A stretch of DNA of 64,000 nucleotides, taken from Callorhinchus milii (taxonomy: Eukaryota). Positions 1 through 12,535 of the stretch are shown piece by piece. The notes beneath the pieces are model-generated. The model saw nothing but the letters and a program-made list of their open reading frames with translations. It was not told the DNA's origin and made no database searches. The translations under genes and the position numbers were made by a program. The first letter of the stretch is position 1. Every line of letters begins with the position of its first letter. Location: contig NW_024704742.1 in the NCBI RefSeq assembly GCF_018977255.1, positions 100,938,001-101,002,000 on the forward strand, given 5' to 3'.

Positions 1-169
1 TAATTTTACCTTGAATCACAGTGAAGGTCAATATATTATCACATTTTGTGAAAGTATTAAATGTGACATTAAGATAAAAGTGAACAATGAACAGTGTCTT
101 CAAAGGTAAGGAGTGGTCCTTTTCATTATGAATTAAGTTTTACGATATTGATACTGTATTAACTAATAA

Positions 170-295
170 ATATCCCTGAAATTTCCATGCATAGGTTGGA
201 AGCTTGAAATTCTCAGTTAGGTTTGGATTGGACACTCTTAAGAAGGGTGATGGGTTTCCGTATGTGTCAAACACCCGACTGATGCCCCCAAAATA
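170..295 (-). repeat. Unclassified ancient interspersed repeat ('family X'), terminal fragment
   Basis: GGTGATGGGTTTCCGTATGTGTCAAACAC matches the ends of the copies near 23400-23440 and 24516-24558; the reverse complement of the upstream part matches ~60361-60420. Strand is relative and arbitrary. Confidence 0.6.
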
Positions 296-332
296 TTGAA
301 AGCATTGTCCTTGGCTAGTTATTTGTTGAATT

Positions 333-3300
333 CAACAACAGCAACAACAAGATTACATTTGTATAGTGTGTTTCATATCAGGTGGATGTCCCAAGGTGCT
401 AGACATTTCAGACCAGAGCTGGAGTCAGAGAGGGAGAAGGGAGGGGAGGGGAAGGTGGGTGGCTGATGGAATGGTTGAAGAGGAGGGTTTTGAAGCAGGA
501 CTTGAAGGAGGCTAAGGAGGGTCGAGATGGAGTGACTGGGGGATGGAATTCCAGAAGTTGGATTCAGAGTGGCTGAAGGCTCTCCGCCAATGGTGGGGTG
601 GGTGGGTCGGGGGATGTGGAGCAGGCTAGAGCTGGCTGAGTGGAGGGAATGGGCAGGTTGGTAGGGGGTTAGGAGGTTGCAGAGGTAGGGTAGGGTGAGG
701 CAATGGAGGGCTTTGTGGAGTCCTGTAGCTCAGTGATTGAGCACTCGCTTTGCAAGCGAGAGACCTGAGTTCATTTCCAGGCAGGGCGAAACCTTGGGCA
801 AGTTTCCTTACTCCACACGCCTAATAATAATCCCTCCAAAACCAAAAACAATAATAAATTGGTCATTTTCAACCCATGACTGTTTGTGGGACATTGCTGT
901 GCGCAATTGGCTGCCGCGTTCGCCCACAAATATACAGTCAATTCACTTTACAGTGTGTTCTGTGAAGCGCTTTGGGACGTCCTCCTGACGTGAAAAGCGC
1001 TATATCAAATGCAAGGATTATTATTATTATTATTATTATTATTATTTGTAGGTGAGGACCAGGATCTTGAACTGGATCCTCTGAAAGATAGAGAGCCAAT
1101 GGATTTGGGCGAGAATGGCGGAGATGGGGTCACGGAGTTCGGTGCGGGAGAGGACATGGGCTGCAGAGTTCTGGATTATCTGCAGCTTGTGGAGGGAGGA
1201 ATTGGGAAGGCCGACAAGCAGGGCCTTTGCATAGTCGAGTAGTGTGATGTTACGGAGGTGAGGGAAGGCAGAGCGGGTCATGGCTTGAAGGTGGGGAAGA
1301 AAAGACAGTTGAGGGTTGAACAAGACACCTAGGTTCCTAACTGTTTTGGTGAGTTGTAGTGTGCAGCCATGGAGGTTGATGCTGCCAGAGCCTGAGGTGC
1401 AGAGGCGCTGGCGCGAGCCAATCAGGAGGGCCTCAGTCTTGTTCACATTCAACTGTAGGAAATTTGCCCTCATCCAGGACTTGATGTCCGACCGGCAGTC
1501 TGTCAGGACAGCAGTGGTCCTGGAGTTGAGGGTGGAGGCAGAAAGATAGAGTTGGGTATCATCCGCATACATGTGGAAGTTGACCCCATGTCTGCGGATG
1601 ATGTCACCAACAGGGGAGCAAGTAGATAGTAAAGAGGAGAGGGCCAAGGACATAGCCCTGGGGGATGCCAGACGTGAAAGTGCGGGGCCCGGAGGAGAGA
1701 CTGTTAGAGGCAACAAAGTGGAGATGGTGAGAGAGATAGGATTCGACCCAGACAAGGGCAGGTCTGTGAAGATTAAGTAAAGAGGAGAGGCAGTGTATGA
1801 GGATGGAGTGGTTGACAGTGTCGAAGGCGGCAGAGAGGTCGAGGAGGACAAGGAGGCAGAGAGAGCCCTGATCATAGATATTCAGAATGTCATTAGTGAC
1901 TTTGACCAGGGCTGTTTCCGTGTTATGAGCAGCGTGGAAGCTGGATTGGAGGGGTTCAAAGAGGGAATGGTGAGAGAAAGGAGCAGAGCTGGGATGTGGT
2001 GACTCATTCCAGGACCTTGGAGAGGAATGGGAGGTTAGAGATGGTGCGGTAGCTGGAGAGGGCGGATGGATCCAGTGAAGATTTTTTTAGTTTGGGGGTG
2101 ATGACGGCTGTTTTTAGGAAGGTGGGAACTGAAGCAGTGGACAAGGAGAGGTTGATGAAGTCGGACAGGAGAGGGGCCAGAAGGTGGAGCTGGGGGATGA
2201 AGGGATGGGATCAAGGGAGCAAGTGGTGGGTTTGAGTTTGCAAACAATGGCGGTGAGGGAGGAGGCAGAGATAGGGTCTAAGGACTATAGGGGGGATGGG
2301 TGGGGGGTGGGTCGTGAGGGAGAGGTGATGTGGGGTTGGCTGTGGATGGGGCTGAGGTGGCTGAACATATCCCCTCGATTTTGGATTGAAGTAAGTCCAG
2401 CATCTCCTCACAGTTGGAGTTTGAGGAGAGGATGGGCGAGGCATGGGAAAGTGGATGGAGGAGATGGTATGTGGTGGAAAAGAGAAGCCTGGGATTGTCC
2501 TTTGCCTCCAAGATAACCTTAGAGTAGAAGGAGGATTTGGCGGAAGCAAGAGCTCAGCGGTAGGTCTTGGTATGGTGAAGCCAAATCTGCCGATGGACCA
2601 TTATTTTGGATTTGGTCCAGGCGCATTCAGCAGCTCGCACTTGTGCCTTGAGGGAATGGCGATGGCTGGTGTACCAGGGGAATTTACGGGAGTATGAGGC
2701 AGTTTGGGAAATGAGGGGGTAAGGGAGTCCAGAATGGAGGAGAGGGAGTTGTGGAGAAAAGAGAGCGAGGAGTGGAGATCGGTCAGGGAGGGCCAGAGGT
2801 GTAGGAGTTCAGATGACTCCAGGGCAGTGGAGAGAGAAAGGGAGGAAAATTTTTTCCACGGATGTTATGTGATGGTAGAGGGTTGAGAAAGGCGAAGGAG
2901 TATGGAGGTGTTGAGGGAGATGAAGTGGTGGTCTGAAATTGCTTTGTTGATGATGATGATGTCCGAGATGGTGAGGCCCCAGGTGATCATCAGATCAAGG
3001 GGGTGGCCACGGTCGTGGATGGTAGAGTGGATGTGGAGGGAGAGGTTAAGGGAAGAGAGGAGGGAGGAAAAGTCAGCAGAGGTAGAGCAGGAAGGGGTGA
3101 AGTTGAAGTTGCCTAAGATTAGGAGATCTTCAGAGCAGAGGGAGAGGGAAGATAGAAGGGTGGAGATGTCCGAGAGGAAGGTGGAGGAAGTCTTGGGGGG
3201 GACGGTAAATAAGGAGGATTTTGAGGGAAAACCAGGAGGGATGGTAGAGGATAAGGTGTTCAAAGGAGGGGAAGGTTCTGGAGGAGTAAGGGGAAAGGCT

Positions 3301-3349
3301 GAGGGGGACCGGGAGATGAGAGCCACACCACCGCCACTGTGATTAGGCG
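333..3349 (-). mobile_element. L2 LINE (subfamily 1), 5'-truncated, decayed ORF2 (APE endonuclease + RT), interrupted by a SINE
   Basis: (CAA)n tail at 333. Minus-strand fragments: RT 'HMYADDTQLYLS' and 'WMRANFLQLNVNKTE' (1042-1875); APE 'GGGVALI', 'LGNFN', 'HDRGHPLDL', 'ISDHHFI' (2865-3340). Frameshifted. Confidence 0.93.
717..1044 (+). mobile_element. tRNA(Ala)-like SINE, short young subtype, full length, nested in L2
   Basis: Head GGAGTCCTGTAGCTCAGTG...TTTGCAA...GAGTTCATTTCC (A/B boxes), Deu-type TGTTTGTGGGACATTGCTGTGCGCAATTGGCTGCC, L2-like tail and (ATT)n. TTTGT duplicated at 712-716 and 1045-1049. Resembles the chimaera SINE2 consensus as I recall it. Confidence 0.95.
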
Positions 3350-3480
3350 ATTATTCCTTGTAAGAACTCATAGAATGAAACACACAACATATATATATCC
3401 TGCAAAATATACAATATTTTTATAATTATACCTTACATCATATTGCAGCCTGAAAGAGTACACAACAAATGGTATTAATG

Positions 3481-3555
3481 CAAAAACAGAAAATACAGGA
3501 TATGAGCAAAGGGAACAATATGTTGGCATTTCTGATGTGACCTTTATCAGAACTA
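3481..3555 (-). mobile_element. Highly degraded Penelope-like pLTR/hammerhead remnant
   Basis: Starts CAAAAACAGAAAAT; the reverse complement contains AGTTCTGATAAAGGTCACATCAGAAATG, resembling the HHR core of the copies at 30889 and 41423. Confidence 0.45.
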
Positions 3556-3690
3556 ATGTTAAACAGATCCTTAATTAATTACAATCTTGCAACTTCATGC
3601 ACGGCTATCTCTTTATAACATCCAGGACAGGTGTAGCTCACAGAATAACATATTCTGTGGTTTTAATATCCACTTCTTCTTGTCCCCCTG

Positions 3691-3753
3691 AAACAACAAC
3701 AAGATTACATTTGTATAGCGCCTTTCACGTCAGGAGGACATCCCAAGGTGCTG
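3691..3753 (-). mobile_element. L2 subfamily 1 tail-only insertion
   Basis: AACAACAACAAGATTACATTTGTATAGCGCCTTTCACGTCAGGAGGACATCCCAAGGTGCTG matches the 3' end of the L2 copies at 333 and 31291. Confidence 0.85.
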
Positions 3754-4971
3754 AACAAAACCTCACTGTGTGGTATTGATGCTGTTTTTCCTGCACCATT
3801 ACTGTTCTAACCTCATGCGATGAGAATGCGTCACGTGTAAGATGATGGACAGGTGTTTTTTTGAAAACAGTAGTCCAACTATGCAGCTTTGATGATTATA
3901 CACATTTGCAGAATAGAAGCTATTATTCCCACTAATATTTATTACCTCAGCACTGCTATTGTATGCTTGTAACTTTAATGAGATCTGTGTGTCGTGCATA
4001 AATGAATGAAAAAAATTTCGATTTGTAAAGTCAAAGGAATATTATCTCTCATTTATGTGAAGCCTTTATACTGTGCAAGTAACCTAATAAAGCACATTGC
4101 TGTATAGAATGATTTCTGTTGGATCTGTGTGAATGAAAATCACACTTAATGATTTTGACGAACAATTCAGCAATGGAAAATTCACCTCCAGAAGGAGGCA
4201 GGAATCATCTTGTGACTCAACCTTCATTTATATGACTTTAAATTCCAATAAAATATCACTGGATTTAATTCATCAAAATTGAAGCTTATTACTATTTCTA
4301 TTACTATTTTGTATTAAAATTTATGTTTCACTATGTAATCGTGAGAAATTTGTGGCTAATAATAATAATCCTTGCATTTGATATAGCGCCTTATCACACC
4401 TTTGAGAAGTCTCAATGGCTAACTTCTGAACTATGGGCTGTTGGTTGAGAGCCATTGTTAGTTAGGTGCTTGCAGCTTCAAACTGGAAATCATAGGTGGG
4501 ATCATTAAGAGCCGCCGGTTAGATCATTAGACAATGTAGCAATATTTCTCACTGTAGCAATATTTCCATTTAATGATCATCTGTTGTAAAACTGTAAAAA
4601 GAAATCTAGCTGTGGTTACACAAAGGCTTTCATGAAAGATTCCAACTTTCTGAGCTATTTTAGAGCCCCTCCTGCGCACACCACATCATTCCCTGCCAAG
4701 ATTGTGAGCAGGTGGTAATGTTCACAGGTTTGTTCTAATGCTGTCCTATTATCAATTGCTAGGAAATGTGGACAAGTGGCCTGCATTGAATCATTGTTTT
4801 TCTCTTCCTTGCTCAGGGCAAGTGGTGTGACTTGGTGACTCTCCTTGTTGACCAGGTGTAAAAAAAAAGGTATGTGATGGGATAATTGTCATCACATCAT
4901 ATTTTGGAACCCTGAGACACATATACATTGTGCCAGTAAACTATCAAGTGGACTCTGTTTCCAGGGGCATC

Positions 4972-5330
4972 CAACAACAACAACTTGGATTTATATAGCA
5001 CCCTCCACGCCAGACAGCAGCTCAGAGTGCTTCACAGTAACGAATCCCAGGGCCGAGCCAGGAGGAGGGGAAGGAAGGTGACCAAAGGCGCGGTCGAAAA
5101 GAGAGGACTTCAGAAGGGACCTGAACGTAGGAAGAGAGGGGACAAGGCGAAGGGAGTGAGGAAGGAAATTCCAAAGCCTCGGGGCATAGTGGCTGAAGGC
5201 ACAGCTGCGAGGGTGGACCGGAGAACTCGGGGGGTGAGGAGGAGGCCAGACCCAGAGGATCGAAGGCAACGGGTACTGTTAGAGTAGTCCAGCTGAGTGG
5301 TGACAAAGGCATGGACTAGGGTATCAGTCA
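4972..5330 (-). mobile_element. L2 LINE (subfamily 2) 3' fragment
   Basis: (CAA)n tail; '[23 protein letters not shown]' and 'LVHAFVTTQLDYSN' are L2 ORF2 C-terminal motifs; internal deletion. Confidence 0.9.
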
Positions 5331-5609
5331 GCATCCACTCAGCGATGCAGCAAGAAGCAACTATACAATCAGTGCATCATTGTAATGTGACAGAGGGTTC
5401 TTGTAGTTTACGCCAATAGATAAGCATAACTTTAACCCTCTAATACTGGGAAATATCTTACAGGAACATTGCCAAATGTAGTTCAAACTGAATTATGGAT
5501 TCTGAGAAACTATTCAGTTTGGTATCTATTTTCACAAGATTGTTACAATTCCTGTAATGTTGAATAAGCAGATAAAAAAATAAATACTTCTAATATCTCA
5601 CATGCGACT

Positions 5610-5872
5610 TGTAGCAAGCCTGTTACGCTTTCCCCAGCCCCTCCATGCCTCCATCGGTGTCTTTGTCTTCAGGGACTGTGCCTCTATGCTCTGGAACTTT
5701 CTGCCTCAATCCCAATGCCTTCCTCTTTTATCTATTTTTAAATCCCATTTAAATCCCATTTTAAAATTTACCTTTTTGCCTGTGCCTATGGTAATTTTCC
5801 CCTCCCCCTTCTCTCCCCTCCCTCTTGCCACTATCCTGCATGAGGGGTGCTACATAAAGTTGTTGTTGTTGC
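5610..5872 (+). mobile_element. Degraded L2 3' end
   Basis: 'LWNFLPQS..FKSHL' motif, ending GCTACATAAAGTTGTTGTTGTTG. Confidence 0.7.
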
Positions 5873-8858
5873 AATCCATATAAATTCATTTTCACAATTT
5901 CCTCATTCTGAATCTTGTTTCAACAAAATTTGTTTTGCCTCTAGTCTTGCAGCAGAAAGCCAAGATTATAATATACCACATGATTCTCCAACAATCTGAG
6001 CTAACTGGGGAGTTCTTAATGATCCTAACCCATGACTCACATTTGAAAGCTTGAAACCATTGACCTAACAATACCTAGGGAGTTTAACGGCTCTGGAATG
6101 TCTGCTTCCAGTTGAGAAAGTAATCACAGCTTCACAATGAAAAAATGAACAACACTTCAGTTAAAGAATGAAGAAATTAATGATGAATCACATTTCTATT
6201 GTTGGGTTATTGACACTGGCGCATCTTTTTCATTTAATTAAACACTGCAAACAAACAGGTTCTTTTTCTGTTGTTGATGTATTCTTCCTTGTAAATATGA
6301 ATCTCAAGTCCAGACGTTTAGAAGTCCCTTGTTAGTTTCATTTAGTTCCAGGCTGTTTGCAGCAATTATCCTGGAAGAGTGAAGGGATTTCAGATTCCCC
6401 ACTTAAGAGGAGGTTGTAGCAAGGGTGTATCATAAGTGCTAAGTATGCATCAGAACGTGTAGCCAGGAAATGAAAAGATAAGCTGCAAATGCTGGAAACT
6501 TGCAACAAAAACAGAAATATCAGGAATGCACCGAAAGTCATCAATATTTTGGAGTGTCTCTTTCTCAGAATAATTCTGCTAAACATTCTGATGCTTATTG
6601 ACCCCTTGTACACAGCAGCTTATTTGACATGTTTTTCCAATGTTTTAGCCACATGGATTGCTGCGACATGTTGAATCCTTTCTCTGGATAGGACAAATAG
6701 AAACTCTCAGCATATGTTTGGCTCATGTTTATATCACTTACAATATCATACCATGTTCTATTCAATAGCAGTCTTGTTTCCATTCAATACTTTTAATAGT
6801 CAGGGAAAACAATGCACATTAGCAGTTCAATTGTTGATGTTTGGATTTGAATTTCAAACTACATTTCAGTTATTTCACTCTTCCAAAATCAGAATGATTT
6901 TTTAGCTGGTATAGTGCAGGTAGTAGTTACTGACACTATTAAACATGCAGCCTGAGTTCCAGCACTCGTAAGCTGTTTGTATTATAATTATCGTCTTCTG
7001 GCTTGAAAGCATGAGTTGGAGATTAAAAGGTCAAGAACTCTCCAGATCCATCTATTGAGCTCTGGCTGTTTATTGTAAAATGTCTCCCAAAGGGCAGTCA
7101 AATATTATCATTTCTCAGCTGTGTGTTGCTGCACAGTATTGGAGTATGTATTTACTGTGACCGTGAGCTTTTCTCACTTGGCTTTTTGTTCTCTTGACAT
7201 TCCTATCTTCTTAATTACTGTATTTTATTTTCCCTAGTGCATTTTACTGCTTTTTCGCTTCTTTTCTTACCTTATTCTCTGGAGCGCTGATTCAAGCTGG
7301 AGTATGATTTCATGCTCAATTGACCATACTTTATGCTTGAACCTATCTGAGAAGTCGACAGGCTCTTTGATCACAGTGGGTAACCTGCAGAACTCCTCAC
7401 CTCCCTCAGTCTTCTCTTGCTCTTAGTCGACACAATTTTAAAATGCAAAGCTGGTGTCACCTAATCAATGTAACTTGTCTTGCTTTGTTTATCTTTTCAA
7501 TCTTTATGGTGTCCTGTAGTAGGAGCTACTAGTGCTTTGTTTAGCTTTCTCAAGTGTAACAATATTATCAACTTATTTTTAAAAATTATATCAATAAAAG
7601 TTTTTATATTTGTGACAAGTTCTTGAAATCTATGGAGAGAAGTTTCTCTCACATCTAGATTTACTCTATTTTTGTAGCATTTCAGAGTTTCCAGAATTTG
7701 GCAAATTCTTAAACACAGTATTAATTTTGAATTTGGTTTTCTATAGTTCTTGAAAGAAATTTACAGAAAAATATCTTTAAAGTTAAGGCTGAATTGAACA
7801 CTTTTGCTAAATTATGATTGCTCTGAAATGTTATGGAAATGAAGCAAATCTAGACCGAGGTGGAATTTATTTTCCTCTAAACAGCTAACAAAATGCTTGT
7901 AATATTTATAGAGGCGAGATATTCTTGTTGCTCCTGCTCACTCTTGTTCTGCAAAACACCGTCACTATACAGTCATTATACAATACAATTTATATTTATT
8001 GAGCACCTTTCTTGTCAGGAATATGTCTCAAAATACTTAAGTATCCTGTAAAGCTCTTTGAGACTTGCTCCCGATGTGGAAGACATTATATCAAATGTAA
8101 GGATTATTATTATTATCAATAATTATTTTTCAGCAGATTATCCTCCATAAACCAAAGGCTTTTTACAGAGTGTTTCCACCTAAGCAAAGATGCTCCTGAT
8201 TAATGAACATCTGCTTCAAGTTGGGTTTTAGCATTGAAAGAAAAGGACATTAGAGCTTCTGGCACCTGCAGTGGTTCACAGCTGGACTAAGACTGAATGA
8301 ATATACTGAAGCTTTTCTCTTTGTCTGTTTTTAATGAGACTTCAGCTCTCACCAAATTACATGTTGGTGATTTATAATTTTTGCATAATTTGCTATGTAA
8401 AAATCTAGGTTTGCATTCTCAATGAAACATCAAGATGTATGTTACATAATTATGTTCTTGGCATGCCACTGATAATGTTAAAAAAAAGGTGTGTTTGATG
8501 TTCACAAAGCCATGCTGGGAAGAAAGAAAGAGCCTAACTAGTGTTTCTCATCGTGACACTGCAAAAGCTATTTCCCTGTATTCTGCATTGTGGGAACAAA
8601 TGATTTTTTTTTGCTATTTGATGAGCAAGGAACCAGAATATCACCAAGATTCACCACGGTTACTCATTCGGGAGTCAGTTACCTTCACTCAGAAGAAAGA
8701 CACTTTTTACTAATGAGGACCAACGCAGCCCCTACCTAACAAAAGGTTACAATGTGGAGAGAAAGTGATGATCCAGGTCTCTGTCACATAGAATGGTCAT
8801 GGTGATAATGAAGCAATACTTCACCTATTGGAAGTTATCCGGGTATCTCATTATAAAA

Positions 8859-9179
8859 GGAGTCCTGTAGCTCAGTGGTTAGAGCACTCGCTTTGCAAGT
8901 GAGAGACCTGAGTTCAATTCCCGGCAGGGCGAAACCTTGGGCAAGTTTCCTTACTCCACACAGAGCCTAATAATAAACCCTCCAAAAAAAAACAATAATA
9001 AATTGGTCATTTTCAATCTACGACTGTTTGTGGGACATTGCTGTGCGCAATTGTCTGCCGCGTTCGCCCACAAATATACAGTTAATTCACTTTACAGTGT
9101 GTTCTGTGAAGCACTTTGGGACGTCCTCCTGACGTGAAAAGCACTATATTAAATGCAAGGATTATTATTATTATTATTA
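8859..9179 (+). mobile_element. tRNA(Ala)-like SINE, short subtype, full length
   Basis: Near-identical to 717-1044; intact A box (TAGCTCAGTGG) and B box (GAGTTCAATTCC); (ATT)n tail. Confidence 0.95.
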
Positions 9180-9644
9180 AATTGATTCTGCAAAATGACA
9201 GAGATCTGAAACTGAACTAAACGTTTGACCTGTTCTTATTGCAATAGAAAGTATTTTGTGTGCCATAGCCTACACGTTTTTTCTCCAGAGATACTATTAA
9301 AATGGAAACCAGCCATTTTACATTTTCCTGATTGTTTTAAAATGATCGCAACTGCTGCCCTTGAAGAGCACAGCTTTACTGCAAAAAACTTAATCAATCG
9401 AGTTAACTGAGCTGTGCATCTGAGGCGTGGTGAAGGCATTTACACTGCATTTACACTGCATCTTTGAGGGCAATTTTGAAAGCTAGTGACTGGCAAACAC
9501 GAATTATCAGCAGGGTCTCAGGCAGCATGAATCACTCTGACGCCACGCTCTGCAATACACTGGAGGACGTGATTTCAGGAGGACTCATATCCATGCAGCA
9601 TAAAATGGCAGGAGTAAATCTTGCTGGACAATTTCGGCTGATGT

Positions 9645-10180
9645 CTATTCAAAGGTCTCGGTCATGCGCACTTTAGGAAGTCCGTCAAGGCATTGGAGAG
9701 AGTCCAAAGGAGATTTACCAGGATGGTACCAGGAATGAGGGACTTCAGTTATCAGGAGAGGCTAGAGAAGCTAGGATTATTCTCTTTGGACCAGAGAAAT
9801 TTAAGAGGAGACTTAATAAAAGTTTTCAAAATTATGAGGAGATTCGAAAGGGTGAACAAGGAGAAATTATATCCACTGGAGGATGGGTCGGTAACCCAGG
9901 AACACCAATTTAAAATAGTTGTTAAAAGAAACAGAGGGGAGGTGAGGAGAATTTTTTTCACGCAATGAATTGTTTGGATCTAGAATGCATTGCCTGAAAG
10001 GGTGGTGGGAAGCTGATTTGATAACAACTTTTAAGAAAGAAGTAGATAATTATTTGGGCAGGGCTATGGGGAGAGCAGGGGGAGTGGGATTGATTTGGAT
10101 AGCTTTTTCAAAGAGCTAGCACAGACACGATGGACCGAATGGCCTCCTTCTGTGCTGTATAATTCTATGATTCTATGATT
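9645..10180 (+). mobile_element. CR1 LINE 3' fragment
   Basis: 'ERVQRRFTRMVPGMRDFSYQERLEKLGLFSL..LRGDLIKVFKI' is the CR1 ORF2 C-terminus; 3' UTR GGACCGAATGGCCTCCTTCTGTGCTG followed by (TTCTATGA)n. Confidence 0.92.
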
Positions 10181-12229
10181 TTATGAATAGTAAAATCGTC
10201 TTTGGTTTTCTTCCACCTGAACATTTTGAAAGCGGTGTGGAGCAAGAAATACAAAACAGACATCTTGAAGTATAAAACATTGCTCTGTTGCCGGGACAAT
10301 GGTTGCGATGAGTTGATGTTTCTCGAAGAAGTCAACTGTCAAATCTCTGGCCTCAACCTGCTGTCCTTCCATATCAAAGTGTAACAGAAATTATCTGAGG
10401 GTTTGTCTTTCAAGCTCAGTGTTAGGTCAATTGTCTAAAACAGCAAGCTTTTCATTGCATCTTTATAATGGGACACACGCAAGTAAGAGAGGATGTCCTA
10501 TGTAGCATTAGTGGTTCATTAGCAGGTTGTAGTGATTTTTAATCTGGGACATCGCAGGGTGCTTGAAATTGAACAGACATGATATATGCATCCTCCCTGG
10601 GAAAAAGAACTAGACGTCACCAAATTAGCAATTGTAAATAGGTGAGACTAATTGTGGAATCAGCACTGGTGGCTTCCTGAGGTGTAGCAGACTAAGGCAG
10701 CTGTGACTTTTGTATTTACTGTTCAAAAAAGATACAGCCCATCAAAATGATTCCGTGGGGTCTAATTTGTGGATTTCATAACAGTTTTTACTTCTGGAGT
10801 TGATTTCCTGTAGGTTGATGGGAATTCTAATGGGGTTTCTTATAAGAAGTATCGCAAGTTAACCCCCTCCCTTCCCCTCACTCTTACCCTCCGTATCTCT
10901 GTTGGTTTATTTTTATGTTTATTGACAGGCAAGAAGAGAACACAAGGAGAACACAAGACAAGGTTAAAGAATGGGTCCCACAGAGAGAATGTGCCCCTGA
11001 CCTGGAAATGCTGCAACATGAGAGATGATGAGATTATGCCAGTGTTGCATTGATAATTAAGTGGTGCACTGGACAAAGACATTTCGCTATCTATAATAAT
11101 AAATTCCAATAATAACTTTTCAGTTTCTCAGATCATTAGATCCCCTGCCTCTGAAGACAAGCACTTGGTGAATTGAGAGTTGATCGCTTGGTGCTGCTTG
11201 AGTGCCTACCTCTCACCAAACAGTGCACCCTACAAATACATGTGTTTAGGAGAAAATAATACATTGTCTAGTAGGCAATCAGAACCGCAGTCAGAGCCTG
11301 AAGTACTATGCTTACTTTGGTTCCAATTGTAATGGTATAGGCACCGAATGAGCCATTAGCTGCTTAATTTCACTTTATTTTCTTATTGAACTACGCACAC
11401 TGGGGCGGGGATCTCAATGCCATGTATATATTTCAATCGTTAATTCCATTACTTGTGTCACTGTTTAAATCCAGTTGATTTATTCCCTCCTCTTTAAGTA
11501 GACTCCCACTCCCAGTCAAACACCATCCCACGGCTGGCTCGGTGCCAGTTCAGAAATTTGCTGTTGGGTTCGTAAAACCCAAGAAATTTCAGGAAAGTAA
11601 AAATGAAACAACTGAATGTGCAGTGGTTTCCTTAGCTGTCAAGCATTATGAGGGTATAAAATGGGGCATTCTCAAGACATAATTGTACTAATTGGGACAC
11701 AGAGGTTAATTAGTAACTAGAACAGATTATCAGGCAGGATGGTTAATGCCAGAATGCTTGGAATTATTTCAGAAATACCTTGATGCCATCCTGGTATCTA
11801 TTTGGCTGAATTGGGGTGTTTTGTCTCACCTTAACCTCTAATTCTGAAGGCAGCATGTCAAACTTTTGTGCTCATGTACTCATCTTGTACGTGAATTTAG
11901 CAGCCAATTTGCACACTGCAATGTCACAAAAATAGCCATCTTTATGAATAATTTGATGAACAATTTTATTTGGAGGATTGTTGGCCAGGGCTCAGGAGAA
12001 ACATCTCCTTGACTTCTGGAGCATGGTTTCTCCTGCCAGGCTGGTCAGAACTCAAGCAATTGCCTTTTTTGTAAGTTAACAAGAACACTAAAACCTTTAT
12101 TTTAGACCGAGTGCTTTCTTTAGGTTTTGTAATCTTGATTTCAGAAAGATATGAAATGGTGAAGCTGAGTTAAATCACTGGTTCCACAGCTGGGAATAAT
12201 GTTGGGTCTCTGATCTGTCCGTTCTTTAG

Positions 12230-12535
12230 GTATCAACCTGGCTCAGTTGGTAGCACGCTTGTTTCCAAGTTAGAAGGATATGGATTCAAGCCCTATGTTA
12301 AAACTTTGAATTTACAGTGTATGCTGATACTTCAGTGCATTGTTGGGGAATGCAGTATTGTGTGAGGTGCTGTGCTTCATTTAAAAAACAGGTTGATGCT
12401 GGAAGGACAGAAGAATTTTGCCCACAAAATATACAATCAATTTACCTTATAGTATATTCTGTGAAGGGCTTTGAGACGTCTAGAAATATGATAAGGAGCT
12501 ACATCAAGTGCAAGGATTATTATTATTATTATTAT
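12230..12535 (+). mobile_element. Old Deu/SacSINE1-like SINE head, followed by a tRNA-Ala SINE 3' half
   Basis: TGGCTCAGTTGGTAGCAC...GGATTCAAGCCC head, GCTGATACTTCAGTGCA; from ~12415 SINE body and (ATT)n tail. Confidence 0.65.

Noticed and set aside
717..790. tRNA-Ala(TGC)-like sequence as a tRNA gene
   Set aside because: No proper acceptor stem; it continues into SINE body and tail and recurs many times, so it is a SINE head.
2902..3342. Glu/Arg/Gly-rich plus-strand ORFs over L2 copies
   Set aside because: Antisense shadows of the C/T-rich L2 coding strand.
6483..6530. GCAAATGCTGGAAAC..AACAAAAACAGAAA as another PLE copy
   Set aside because: Resembles the PLE inverted tail but is under 50 bp, with no hammerhead core or TSD.
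10181..10384. Overlapping ~60-aa ORFs in unique sequence as an exon
   Set aside because: No recognisable homology or convincing splice sites; length is within chance expectation.
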